A DNA stretch of 64,000 nucleotides, from positions 36,828,001 through 36,892,000 of the forward strand of contig CM060732.1 of assembly GCA_030704615.1 (NCBI GenBank), given 5' to 3'. This DNA comes from Takakia lepidozioides. Lineage: Eukaryota; Plantae; Bryophyta. A model generated the notes under the pieces. That model saw only the letters and a program-made list of their open reading frames with translations. It had not been told where the DNA came from and searched no databases. This document shows, piece after piece, positions 11,891-24,410 of the stretch; within the stretch, counting starts at the first letter, position 1; the number at the start of each line of letters is the position of its first letter. The translations under genes were made by a program, and so were the position numbers.

Positions 11891-14098
11891 ATGCTGCTCT
11901 GCACTGCCTCCAGGCTTCATTTCACTGACCTTTTGGTCTGCTACACTGGACAGCTGGGTGCCGCAGCATCTGTAAGAGGATGCTGTGAACCGGCTGCTAT
12001 TGAAAACAGTCCCTAAACAGTCATCATCCTTCATCCCCATAGCCTAGTTAGATTCACACCGACACATGTCACTGAAACGCTTAGCCGTTGGAGGTTAAGA
12101 GTTAAGAGGAGTTGTAAGCTTAAGCTCAGCTTGATCAACCTGTCTGTCTACTGAGAGCTCGCCTTGCCCTGTAGGCCTTGTGTGCCTTGTCCTCTTCCTT
12201 CATTCCTGAGTCAGCACAGCACTATGGATGAATCTGCATGTGGGTATTTGGGAGGGACAAACATGCATGAATGAGTCCCGGGACTCCCTCTCTTGGATGG
12301 ATAGAAAAGGTTTTTATTGCTGCAAATGGATGTGGGGGAACATCCATGGATGAATTGTTAGGGAGGGGGGGGTGTGGGAATGGCAGGGAGGCATGTGGGA
12401 GAGTGTCAGGGACAGTGAAGAGGAGGCAAGGCAACAGCAAGGGTATAATGAAGAGTGTTGACCAAAGGGGGCAGGTGGGTGGGAAATGAAAATGGACCAT
12501 TGACTAATAGGTGAATTATGGGATAATTCAGAACTGGGGAACCTGTGTTCCCATGCTGTTTGTAGTGTTCCCAGGTCACCATTAATTACTGGAATGAATG
12601 CAGGAGTGAGAGCCGCCTGCTTTGTGGGAATTTCAAAAATACCAGAATAGTAATAAAAAATGGGGTAACTTGAGTCCACAAGTAACTTGTTGCCACTGCA
12701 GGAATGTCTGCATTTATTGTTTTTTAGTCACTTATTATTATTATTAAATAGATAATAATCTGTCTGGGCCAATTGGGAAGTGGGGAAAGGAGATAAAAGA
12801 ACGGATAAAAGCAGTAAAAAAAGGGGGGCGCGGTTCCCGCGCGGGCGCAGTAAAGTAAGACGGGTTAGTAAGTGCTCCGACGTGGGCGGTGTTGATGGCG
12901 GCCTGGCAGGCCAGCCTCCGCTCGTTGATATTCTCACTGGCATGCTGCTGCGCAGAGATTGCCGGGGAGATTGCAGAGGGGGGAAGACTCAAGAGCAATT
13001 GTTTGTTGCGCGTCTGTAGAGATGTGTGCTGCGATCCCACATTACACAAAATACCTTCCCAGGATGAGAAGCCATAGATGTGGAGGCACAGAGCTGCGAG
13101 GGCGCGAGTCGGGCTGAGCAGAGCTTGCGGTGTGCTGAGTTGTGGAGCCCTTGTGGAGCCCTAGTGATCGTTTCATTCTTTCTGTGCAGTGAAGTCTTCT
13201 GCATGTAGTGTGGTACTGTTGCTGTTCCGTCCTGGAACTGCTGTCGCCGTCCCCGAGCACAATGTGAGTGGTTTCCCTGGTGTCCCTGGTGTCTGTGGTG
13301 TCCCTTTCTTGCTTGGCTGTTTGCTCTTTCTGCATGGTTGTTGTGTGGGTGTTGAGCTTCAGTCACAGTCTCAGGTTTTATAAGTTGGCCCTTGCTTTGC
13401 TCGCTGTGAGCACATTTTTGTAGCTTCAGTGTGAAGTGGTTTTGTTGCATCCCGAGTCCTGTTTAGCTGTACTCTTGTGACGGACAGGTTCATTCTCAAA
13501 CCGCATGGTTGTTGTTTGTGATGCTGAATGTTGAATGTAGAGAATGCAATGCTGACAGACGCCCTGAGTATGATCGAGCTGACATCTTGCTAGTGGTCAA
13601 TGAGCTTTAAGCTGGTGTAGTGTCGAGGTTTGTCGTGATGAACTGTACATAGTGCGAGCTCCTTGTTGGCCAGTCTGAGGCTGTAGCTGTAGTAGATCGT
13701 GACTAGTCGTCTATTGAACATTGAAGGTGCAGTCTTGTGCACCTCCACGTGTTTGGCACATGTTTTGTATGAGCTGTGGTTTGCTCAAGGGGTCAAGGGC
13801 CGGCAATCAGAGTGGAGCTGCCGGGTGCTAGTTAGTGACACTTTTGGCTATCCCCCACTGTACTGACTAGCATTGGCGTGAGGACTCACGGCTATGTGCT
13901 TGATATGACCCGTTCGAGGATGGTCACTTCCACATTGAAGTCGCAAAGAGAAATGTCATACCGTGGTTGCAGAAATGAGATCAGGCAGTCTGATTTCTCT
14001 CTCTGTTGCATCCGGCCATTTGTCGGTCATAGTGTGAACTAAGGGTGCTGCGAAAATACTGGCACGGGAATAGGAAAGGACTAAGAAGAGCCTCTATC

Positions 14099-15928
14099 AT
14101 GTGCAGGGCCATGGGTGCAGTAGTTGGGGCGGTGTTGGCTCTGTTAGCACTGGCTCATCCAGTGAGTGGGAGAACGTCTCCTGAAGATTTTATGTTTGAT
14201 GACGATGTTAGAGATCCCAGGCTCCGAACTTACCGAGATTCAGGGTCGGATTTTAGCAGGTTCATTGGTGACACCAGGCTCCAATCTCAGTATGGTTCTT
14301 CTGAGAAGTACTCTCACAGCTTTGATGACTCTACGCATCAATCTCAGTTTGACTTGGGCACCTTTCAAACCGGCCATTCCGGTCTTCGGGATAGCAACCA
14401 TCCCTCTAACGCTCAGTACGACGAAGCTGATATGGCAGGCAATTCATTTCTAGCTAACAGACAGTATGGAAGACAAAGTGCTGACTCATTTGCGGTAGGC
14501 AATGTCCGCAGTGACGAGGGGTCCCATCTTGTTGGGAATAGATTCAGGGGCTTTCAAAATATCAATCAGGGACCGTTTGAGAAACCACAGAGCTCGCTCT
14601 ACTCTGGAGGAGGAGAATGGGGATGGACTGGTGGTCACGCTACTTTCTATGGCGGAGCTGATGCCGAAGGCACCATGGGTATGTGATATGAAACTCTGAA
14701 CAACATCACTTTGTACTGTACAGCCTGCTTGTGCAGCCTCAGCAACCTCCGCATTAGGCTCATTCATTCATATAGCTATTGGAAAGTTAGAAGCTTTTAA
14801 CCTTCAAGCATTGTTAAAAGATACTTAACAGGGGAAGGCAGCTCCTGAGGCCCCTCTATATTCTATCCTGGACCCCTAAGCTGCAATCTTGTGGGATGTT
14901 GTTCCCCATATTCGTTTAGTTAGCTACATTCTGCTTACCTCAAGTTTCTGTACTATCTATTTACTTTTGTTTCCTTCTCAGATACGTCATGTCGACAATG
15001 GACTGTAATAACCTGGGATAGAGCAGCATAAAGATAATAGGTCTGCACTGTAGCTTCTGATGTACACACGTCCTGTACAGCTGGAGCGTGTGGATATGGG
15101 GATCTTTACAGTGAAGGGTATGGCGTGAACACAGCAGCCCTGAGCACCTCCCTCTTCAACAATGGCCTCACTTGCGGAGCTTGCTATGAAGTAAAGTGTG
15201 ATGGGGTGGCATGGTGCCTACCTGGTTCTGTGATGGTTACAGCGACCAACTTCTGCCCCCCCAATTTTGGATTGTCAAACTCAAACGGTGGATGGTGTAA
15301 TCCTCCTTTGCAGCATTTTGACATGGCCCAACCTGCTTTTCAACGAATTGCACAGTACAGTGCCGGCATTGTCCCAGTTCTCTTTCGAAGGTATCCACAC
15401 ACTAGTAGTTTCGGTGTTATGTACTTTTCAATTGAAAATGTTGTTGTCATTGTCAAGGTCAACCTTTGTTGCTCTTGTATACTCATAAGCAGTGGTAAAT
15501 CCTGGAAATCCCTTCAGATGGTCTGCCCTACTGTATCCCAGAAACACTCGTTGCATTCTGGCTCCCAGGAAATTGTTTGCATGTTAACGATTGCTATTAA
15601 CATTTCTGGTATGTTTCCTTACAGAACTGCCTGTGTGAAGTCGGGAGGAATACGCTTCACAATCAATGGAAACCCCTTCTTCAATCTGGTGCTTGTCACC
15701 AATGTGGGTGGTACCGGTGATGTGAGCTCAATTTCGATGAAAGGATCCAACACCAATTGGGTTCCAATGTCAAGAAACTGGGGCCAGAACTGGCAGTGCA
15801 GCACCAAGTTCGTGGGACAAGCTGTATCATTTCTTGTGACCACTTCTGATGGCAGGTCATTAGCGTCCATGGATGTTACTTCTGCGGGTTGGAGTTTTGG
15901 TCAGTCTTATGAAGGAGCCCAGTTTTGA
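14099..15928 (+). CDS. EXPA: Alpha-expansin with signal peptide and about 155-aa hydrophilic extension; join(14099..14678,15081..15390,15625..15928); alternative start 14111
   Basis: Signal-like [20 protein letters not shown]; [27 protein letters not shown]; GT-AG introns 14679-15080 and 15391-15624. Confidence 0.95.
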
Positions 15929-16987
15929 CACTAGCTACGGATATGATTGTGTCAATCCCAGTTTAATGGAGTTCCACAGAGAACAGATTGTCCATAGCTG
16001 TAAAATCTTACTGGGCTGTGTGGGAAGCCCTTAACTAGTATGATATTTGATGAGAATGAATTGATTCCATTCTATCAAAGACTTTCCATGTCACAACCGC
16101 CAGAAGGGTTGCTTTCTAGTTTGTCACTCTAGCTCTGGTTGCAGAAATTAAATCTCTGACATTTCTACTCACTGAAGTATGAGTAGGCCTGACCTGAGAC
16201 AAAATTCACACAGTATAGTGTTCAAAGACAATGGGTGGCCAATCCACAGTTTTATTTGGAATAATTGAAAAAGTGACTGCACTACCCAAGGTAGTAGCGA
16301 TATGTTTTGCAGCCACCAAGAACAGGAAACTCCTGATTTCAATAATCTAAAACTTTGGTATGATATTTGGAGTAGCACTCAACTTCCACTAGCAGCAAGC
16401 TTTTTCACTCCAAGAGGTGCATGCATATCTGAGAATCAGACAAAGAAATATTGAAATTCTACTTCCTTCCGAAAGTTATTATACTGGTAGATGGTCTTAG
16501 CAGCCTCACTCTTTGCTACTCAGGTCTGCAGTAAAATTGAGGCCAGATAAATTGCCAGAAAATTTGATAAACACAAACTGCTGCAGATATTGGTATTAAC
16601 AAAACCCAAAATGCAGAGTTGAACAAAAAAAGCAAGGTGGAGTGATTGGAGGTAAATGTGTGTGAGTGGCTCCTGGCTTCACATCATGTTGGCAATCACA
16701 ACATGGCGACTTTGTAGACAGTGCATGCACACACACTACAAAGGTCACACTCTCTGCAAGACCCATAAATACAACCCCATAAAGCTGATTGACCGTAACC
16801 TCCTGCATCTCTCAAAGCCATCACCACCCAGCTCTGAACATAATAGAGAGCACCAGACAGACAGACAGAGAGAAGACCTCACCAGAGCCAGCATCAACTA
16901 ATCACCTCCTAATAATAGCACAGGAAGCAAAGTAAGTCTAGTCATTTACAAGTGGCCCAAAAGAAGTGAAGCAGGTAGGAAGCAGCT

Positions 16988-18988
16988 TTAGGTGAGATTC
17001 AGCTTTAGGTTTGAGTGTAAGAAATGTTTCACCCGTTTCAGGACTTCAAGCGCAGTCGCCTTGCTCCCGGCGACACCAATCAGAAAATCATCCGCATATC
17101 TGATGTACCTGACCCGGACATAAACTAGCTTCCGTAATTCTGGATCAACGCTCCGTTTCTTAGTTCCTGTATTCCACTCTTTCTTAATCTGATCTACTTC
17201 TTTGTCCAGTTGCTGAAAGTATATATTACACAACAGAGGTGATAGTTCGCTTCCACCCTCACATGTATGTCTTCCAACACTCACAATACCCACCTTGAAC
17301 ATACGTGTCAACATATCCATAAACTGTTGATCCTGTATTTTCTCCGAAAGAATGGATTTGAGCCTTTCCTGCATCAAGGTATCATCACACTTTTGAAAGT
17401 CCAACTGGATAAACCAGGCCGTTCCTTTCCATCCAGACCTCAGTCTTTTCAGTGCTGTGTGACAAGACTTCCCAGGTCGGAACCCATGTGCATCCTCCGA
17501 GAATGTGGGTTCATAAATCCTCTCTAATTCCTCTCTGACAGCTTCCTGTACTATTAGGTCCCCAAGACCGATCAACATAAGCTGTCTCTTTTCCCTCAGC
17601 TTTCCTGGCTTCAAGAGGCTCACTTGTCTCGCAGGTTTGAATGAGTATGTCCCCGCACGCAGTTGATCTGCAGTGTGCTCAAACCATCCCCAGTTGATAA
17701 CCTCCAGAGAGTGTAAGACCACTTCCTCTCCCCGAGGGTCCAATTCAGTATCCCCTCCTAAGATCATCCTTGGACCTCTGGATTTGATGCGATCATAGGC
17801 TGCTGCAAGTGCATTTGGGTCAGCTATCAAATCCATGACCTTATGATAGTTTATATCAGCGTTAGGTTCCACTTTCTGAAAGTGATCTTCCACATCTTCA
17901 TCTTCTGCAGGCAAAGCAGGGTCTTCCTGATCCTCAAAACTGTCCTTTACAAAACCACCAGGATAATCCTCTTGAATTCCACCATTGAGCTCTTCACACG
18001 TCTCCTCCATAGTCCGGATAAGATTTTCGTAAGCCCTTTTCACAGGAGCGGGAATATAGTCCCACCCCAGGCGGGAGAAGTGATCTTTCTCTTGGGTTAG
18101 AAGATTCTTGAGGTTCTCCCTTGGCATCGTATACTCTAAATCAACGGCAGCTTTCGTGCCAGACTCTGTAGCCTTATCGAACACTGCCTTCTTCGCCTTC
18201 ATGTTTGACCCAAGGCTATGGAGGGCCTTCCGATAACCGCGGGTCCATGCCTGGAATGCCAGACGCCCGACTTCACTCTCCCAGGCCTGCTCTCGCTGCT
18301 TGCGCAGAACAACTATCCTATGCATGACACGACGTCTCGTCTCTAAGGCCTTCGAGAGGCGCCGCCGTGCTTTAGACGGAGCTACAGCTCCAATGTAGAT
18401 GCCGAGAAAACTCACCTTGGCTGAAGTTGCATGCACTAGCGCACCTTGAGCCTTGGTCAACCGAGTTGTCCCTGTGGAGTCTTCTTCATACTCTTCATAC
18501 TCTTCACACTCTTCACACTCTTCATCACGCTGTTCCCAGTCTCCTGCCCATGTAGTGAAATTCCGCCGAGCAGAGCGTACCATGATCCTCTTGCTTTCCT
18601 CGTGCTTTCCACGTGCTCCTACTGCTCCTTCCTCCTTGTTCTCTTTCAAATGATCCCAGTCAATGACTTCGGATTTCCTCGAGTTATGAGAGTCTGATTG
18701 ACACAACTCGTGGGGACTTGGACGAACACATTTCCTCGAGTAGTGGGGAAAACCAGCAAAACGGGATTGATGTTGAATCCAAGAGCGGAGGCGACCCGCA
18801 GACACAGAGATTAGAGATGAGATACTCGAGCATTGCTCATACCGAAATTTGGAATCGAAGCTATGAGAGGAATTAGAGCTAATTTTAAAAGAATAAGAGA
18901 AGGTGGAAAATAATAAGAAGGGCCGAAAGAGATGAGGAGAGGAAGAGAATGGCATTCCCCGGAGTAAATGCAGACTAGGCTGCGGCAT
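16988..18988 (-). CDS. Nuclear-encoded group II intron maturase-type RT-domain protein (MatR/nMAT-related) with organellar presequence-like N-terminus and no domain X
   Basis: Intact 666-aa ORF. AYDRIKS, YEPTFSEDAHGFRPGKSCHTAL, WFIQLDFQKC, LSPLLCNIY..LD, RYADDFLIG; S/F/R-rich N-terminus; ends LKLNLT-stop. Confidence 0.85.
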   Translation of the reverse strand: MPQPSLHLLRGMPFSSSPHLFRPFLLFSTFSYSFKISSNSSHSFDSKFRYEQCSSISSLISVSAGRLRSWIQHQSRFAGFPHYSRKCVRPSPHELCQSDSHNSRKSEVIDWDHLKENKEEGAVGARGKHEESKRIMVRSARRNFTTWAGDWEQRDEECEECEEYEEYEEDSTGTTRLTKAQGALVHATSAKVSFLGIYIGAVAPSKARRRLSKALETRRRVMHRIVVLRKQREQAWESEVGRLAFQAWTRGYRKALHSLGSNMKAKKAVFDKATESGTKAAVDLEYTMPRENLKNLLTQEKDHFSRLGWDYIPAPVKRAYENLIRTMEETCEELNGGIQEDYPGGFVKDSFEDQEDPALPAEDEDVEDHFQKVEPNADINYHKVMDLIADPNALAAAYDRIKSRGPRMILGGDTELDPRGEEVVLHSLEVINWGWFEHTADQLRAGTYSFKPARQVSLLKPGKLREKRQLMLIGLGDLIVQEAVREELERIYEPTFSEDAHGFRPGKSCHTALKRLRSGWKGTAWFIQLDFQKCDDTLMQERLKSILSEKIQDQQFMDMLTRMFKVGIVSVGRHTCEGGSELSPLLCNIYFQQLDKEVDQIKKEWNTGTKKRSVDPELRKLVYVRVRYIRYADDFLIGVAGSKATALEVLKRVKHFLHSNLKLNLT

Positions 18989-19315
18989 GGTTCATCAGCT
19001 CCAATAGCTCTCCATCTCCTCGGCCCCCTCTTCTCAAGCGCTTCTCACACTTTTGGTAAGAAGACTTCTCTATTGCTGCAAGCTGTCAAAATATACAACA
19101 TGGATTTCATCCTGCCACTCGAACAGCCCACAGGAGTTCAAAGAACTCTAAATCTCAATCCCTCTCCGTAGCCTCTCCCTAATGCTGTCATATACACTTC
19201 CCATATGCACCAACACTCCACTCCACAATCTCTCTCATTACAAATAATGCTCTTACTTCGTGCCAGTTGCCAATAGAAAAACGGATACAAACCCCCAAAC
19301 TTGAACCAACCAAGA

Positions 19316-19352
19316 ACACACACACACACACTCTCTCTCTCTCTCTCTCTCT
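19316..19352. repeat. (CA)n(CT)n compound microsatellite upstream of the maturase-like gene
   Basis: Direct reading. Confidence 0.85.
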
Positions 19353-20629
19353 CCAGCGTACCTCAACCCCTCTCAAGAAAACTACCCTATTATCCTCTAG
19401 TCTGTCAATCAAACCCAAACGATAGCTGTTCTCTTTCAGACTCTCCACCACGCACAGAAGGTTTAGGGTTCAAAGGTGACCCTTGTAGAAAGATTCATCC
19501 GTAGGTGTAGAGCTACATCTGTTTGTATTCATCTGCAATTGGGACCCTAAACCCTAGCTCTGGCTGGTTCCTTTCAAGACTTCATAAACTGCATTAGCTT
19601 TGTTTTGCTGTGCAGGTGCGCTGTGAAATGAGCTTGCTAATCACAAACTGCTGCTCTGCAGGTCACTGTCTAGCAGCTGGGGAATGAGATTACCCATAAC
19701 CAATTGCAGTGAAATCTCCACATTTGACTCGGCTAGCGTTACCTCAGTGTGGCAAGCTACACTAAGGTTCAGAGGGGAACAGAACATGAGACACTGGAGT
19801 GTGATCAGAGAGTAATTGAAAGGGAAGCGCTACTCTGAATGTGGGTGTTGGTTGGGCTTACATCAAATCAGATCCAGTTGTTCGAAGGGTTCGTTCTTGC
19901 TGTCATTCGACCATCCGCTCTACCTATTCTTCCTTACCCCCTTCAAACAAGTTCACCAGTCTACACTGTTCAAGGGGTTTCGTACAATCCACACAGTAAT
20001 GGAAACCCACCTTTTCTCTTCAGTCTTTGAATGACCCACTCAATCCACATCTGGCTCTCAGCACTGACGGAGCTTAGTTTTCAGGGTTGGAAGCCCAACA
20101 GGGTAGAGAGCAAAGGAAAAGTTGGACCTCCCAACTTCCAAGATGAAGGGGTAGAGAAGAGATAAATTTGCACATCCAATGAAAAATTATCCATCTGCAA
20201 TACAACCAAAGGGCCCAAGAAAGGAAGGAAGAGAGGCAGGTATGTCAAATAGAGAAACACAAGCAATTTCAATCCCCAGTTGTTCAATGAGCCAGGAAAG
20301 AGTGCAAACCAATTCACCTGTCTTAATGAATCTGTCGATACGCTAATGAATCATGATATTTCCAATTTGAGTTTACATCAGTCAGCACAGATCTGGTCTG
20401 GCATGACCGGAAACAATGTTCCCTGACTGTAGTTGATTTGGTTAAGAGTAGTAAATCGAAAGAACAAATGAAGTAGAAGGTCCAGCAATTTACAGAGCAT
20501 AAAGCCCTATGCACAGCCCATCAAGGGTGCCAGTGGACATATGTGTCATAATTTCCCCATTTGAAAGTTGATTGTCTCATCCAGAAGTAGATTTCCAGTA
20601 AAAGAGAGAAGAAGAGCATCCTCCCAAGA

Positions 20630-22843
20630 CTAGAAGATATCAATCTCAATTCCATCGCGGATCACATTATAGGCTTCTCTTGGACGAGCTCTGTTCATAC
20701 TGGCCAGATAAATCACCTTGTTCCCATCTGGTCTGTCCAACGTAATTGACGTCACTTTCACCCACATGAGAAGTACCTTAGTTTTCAAGCCTTCGATGTC
20801 GGTAAGCTTTCCATTCTGCAAAACTGCAGTCACTCTCTGTGCAAACCGCACAACAGAGGAATCTCTGTAGCCCACTTCGCAAATGAAAGGCAGGAGCACT
20901 ACTATCTTTCCAGTGGCTTCATCAAATTCATAATTGAGTACATTTTTAGGAAATGTTCCTCTTGGAAGCTCATAGCGTTGCAGGAGATCTGGCAGTGGTG
21001 TTTGCACTTTTCCTGTCCCACGCCCACCTTCATTTAGCCTGAGCACCACTCCAAATCTGTCTCTCTCTCTGTCTCTCACTAAATACACTTTCTTCCAGCT
21101 CCTTGTTATCTTTCTTCTTCATTCTTCTTTTTCCTTTATTTTTCATTCTTAGTTTTTGGTTCTTATGTTCCTTACTTCAAGCCTCCCCTACCACTTCCAT
21201 CCAAGAGAGACATCTTTCAGGTTCGACCTCCACCAAAGTTGCTCTTCCTGCAGGGTATATAAGTAAAAAAAATTGCCATCTCCACTCAAACCCTAAGGTA
21301 CACTTGAGCTCCAAAAGAAATGCTGGCCATAGTTATTATATACAGGCCAAAGGTGCTGTAAGCACTGCAGCAACCTCAAAATAGCCCAAACCAGCAACTC
21401 GGAGCCTACCACATGGACTAGGCTCAGATAACAGTAGCATTTAAGTCTCACAACAGTTGAGCAAAGATTTTACATGCACTGAGTGATAGCACAATGTCAC
21501 TTGAGCTCCAAAAGAAAATGCTGGCCATAGTTATTATATACAGGCCAACGGTGCTGTAAGCACTGCAACAACCTCAAAATAGCCCAAACCAGCAACTCAG
21601 AGCTTACCACATCGACTAGGCTCAGATAACAGTAGCATTTAAGTCTCACAACAGTTGAGCAAAGATTTTACATGCACTGAGTGATAGCACAATGTCAAGA
21701 GAGAGAAATAGAACCTCTTAATCTGTTGATGAAGCGTTTGGCACCTTCTTCCACGCTGTTAGACATCGACTGCTCCGTCCAGCCATACACAACCCGCCCC
21801 CCCATCGCGCCACCCCCAATTATAAAACAACCATCGTAGGCAGTGGCAATAATATTGCAGAATAGAAGAAGAATCCACCGTTAAAACAAAACTTTTCTCC
21901 TAATCTTGAAAAGAGATGAAAAGAAACAGATTTACAAAAAAGTCCGTGGAACATTTCATGAACCACAAATTCAGTCAGGAAGGCTGTGTGACCTCAAACC
22001 AAGAATGAAAGAGTTCCAAAGAAGTTCAAGTGCCTCTATTTCCGATACTAAGGCTGGTTGTGAGAACTCATCGACTCCATGATCTTTTGGCAGATTATTC
22101 CACCTGGGTTTATTAATGCAAGTTACACATGAAGGCTTGGCAAACTAGTTCATTTAAAAGCAGCACTTGGTTAACATGAGCAACAGCTCAGGAAGGCAGA
22201 GGGAAACCCTAGTCCTGATTTTGCAGGCAATTGGTATTATTAACTCGTGGAACGTTGGGGGACATGCTACTTTTTGGTCCAACCTTTCGTTCTCCAAATT
22301 TTTATGGGAGTCTGATTGTATCAACACATGACATGGCTGGGAAGACGAGAGTCTTGTGGAACTAATCTATGATTGCATCCAATGTTTTGACTGTCTCCAT
22401 AAGTGATTTGTCAGTAATGTAAGCCTCTCACATACCCAAACAGTAAGACCGCAAGGGAAACCTGGAGAAGTGGCAATCCCGACTTTCATACTTCAGTCAA
22501 GCCAACCTCAACTGACCGACCTTTATATGTAACAAGAGAAAATCTCGTTTGATAGATCGGAGGTTGAGTGTATAATTCGAGCTTTCGACAGATCATTTTT
22601 CAAGATCTGCATTAAGAGCATGAGAAGTTTAACGAGATGTACGCATTTTCCAAAAACCCAGCAGACAAATACTAAGATGGGTTTCTGGAAGAGTACACCA
22701 ACGTCATCCCAGAAAACCCAACAGAAAGCGAAGGTTAGAGTAAGGAGGAGAATTACATTGACATCATTGCCCCAAGAGTCCAACTCCTTTTGTGCACGCT
22801 TGGCGAAAAAATAGCTTCCTGCTCTGGCCAGAGGTCCCGACAT
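20630..22843 (-). CDS. DUF538 family protein, 174 aa; complement(join(20630..21012,21715..21769,22757..22843))
   Basis: MSGPLARAGSYFFAKRAQKELDSWGNDVN|SMSNSVEEGAKRFINRLRG|KVQTPLPDLLQRYELPRGTFP..GKLTDIEGLKTKVLLMWVKV; phase-consistent GT-AG junctions. Confidence 0.9.
21301..21697. repeat. About 197-bp head-to-tail duplication in DUF538 intron 2
   Basis: CACTTGAGCTCCAAAAG...GATAGCACAATGTCA starting at 21301 and 21498, with only a few mismatches. Confidence 0.95.
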
Positions 22844-24410
22844 CTTCTTCTCACAATCTCCCTTCTCCTCCTTCCTTGGAGAACGCGAACAATCTCCTGC
22901 TCCCTCCTTCTTTCTCCCGGTCTCTCCCGATCCCTGTCTTTTGGATCTCTTCCCCCGCCCCCTCCCCTCTCTCTCTCTCTCTCTCTCTCTCTCCTTCAAT
23001 ACAAGTATTTTCTAATTATTTTTTAATTACCAGAGTACCAGTGGTGTTGGTGGGATGCACGGTTGGAATTTGGAACCGACAATTAAATTTATCGGTCCTC
23101 GCTGATAACCTATATTCTTCTTCATTTTTTCCTTTTTCCCTTTTTTTAAAAAAGAAGAACAGGGGACAGTGGTTCTTCTTCTTCTTTCTTTTTTTAAAGA
23201 AAAGGAAACACAAAAACAAAAAAAACAAAAAAAACACCTGGGAGCGGCAGCTCACAAATCAGGCCCCTTAATTATAGTGAGAGGAGAAAATAACCTCTTT
23301 CATAGTAACCTCGGAGTGGGACACCGCCCAAGGGAATGGGGGAGAAGAGCATACTAGTGTTGGGCTGATATAGAGTCATCAGGATATCAACAGCAGGATA
23401 TCAATGTATCCGCATTTTTTAGGATCAGGGTTAGATGCATAACCGGCGAATGGAAAATATGAAAAACAAAATTCTATATCCCCCCCCCATATCTGGCAGC
23501 CCTAACCTTAATAACCGAATACCCGGATCCGTTGTTTGTCATGTTGGTAATACCCAGAACATGACACCCACTCTGCCCACTGTAAATTCCTTATGTGCCA
23601 TCCAAATGGGAAAACTGACACAATGCAGTGGGGCTCCTTGGCACAGTCTGTCACACATGTAAGCTTTTCAAAAACATTTACCCGAGTGAAACTTCAAAGA
23701 TTATAAAGTGCTATTATTATGTTGAAGCATTTGTCTTTTTTTCTTGGAGGACTGTTTTTTCGTTTTTTTGTTTTTTTGTTTTTTTTTTGTTTTTTGGATG
23801 AAGGGAATGAAACCCCAGTTTATTGAGATGAATTTTTAGGTTAGGAATTGATTATCCCCCGTTCTTTTTAATAAAAATTTTATTTACCTATACCTCATGA
23901 AGATGATTTTGATGAAGATGATGACGAGCAATGTGGGCAAGGGTCACATGAAGAACTTTTCAAGCTTGATGGAATAGTCTATGTTACTCACTTCTGTCTG
24001 GTTAGTATCTAACTTTAGAGTTGTCCTTATAAAATTAATTCTGTAGTCTCTATAAGTATTCAAGTTTTTTCAGCGATGCAACCGCGTGAGCGGCTCACAA
24101 TCACTTAAGGTCAGTACACACCTAGTGGTACGCTCGCATGTAGTAAGTCCCTTAACACTAGCGGAATATTTAATTTAAGCTTTTGGGATTTCTTACCCCC
24201 CAACTAACACAGGTGTGATTTACTACTTTCTACATGTGTTCACACCTAAGGATACTTACCACTGACAAATTACTTACCACCTTTTCAAATTAGCCCGCGT
24301 CTACACCTGCAGAGAGACAGGTACCATCGAGAGACATGGTCGTCTCTCTCATTCACCGCTCTTTGCTCTTCGCTCTTCGAAGTGAATTCTTTGCTCTTCA
24401 TTTTTTCAGC

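Noticed and set aside
12222-13450. Cluster of short ORFs upstream of expansin 2
   Set aside because: Low-complexity promoter/5' UTR-like sequence with no protein motifs.
16500-19500. Complete group II intron or recent mitochondrial insertion around the maturase ORF
   Set aside because: No recognisable domain V/VI or flanking organellar exons; the flanks look nuclear (microsatellite, telobox-like AAACCCTA).
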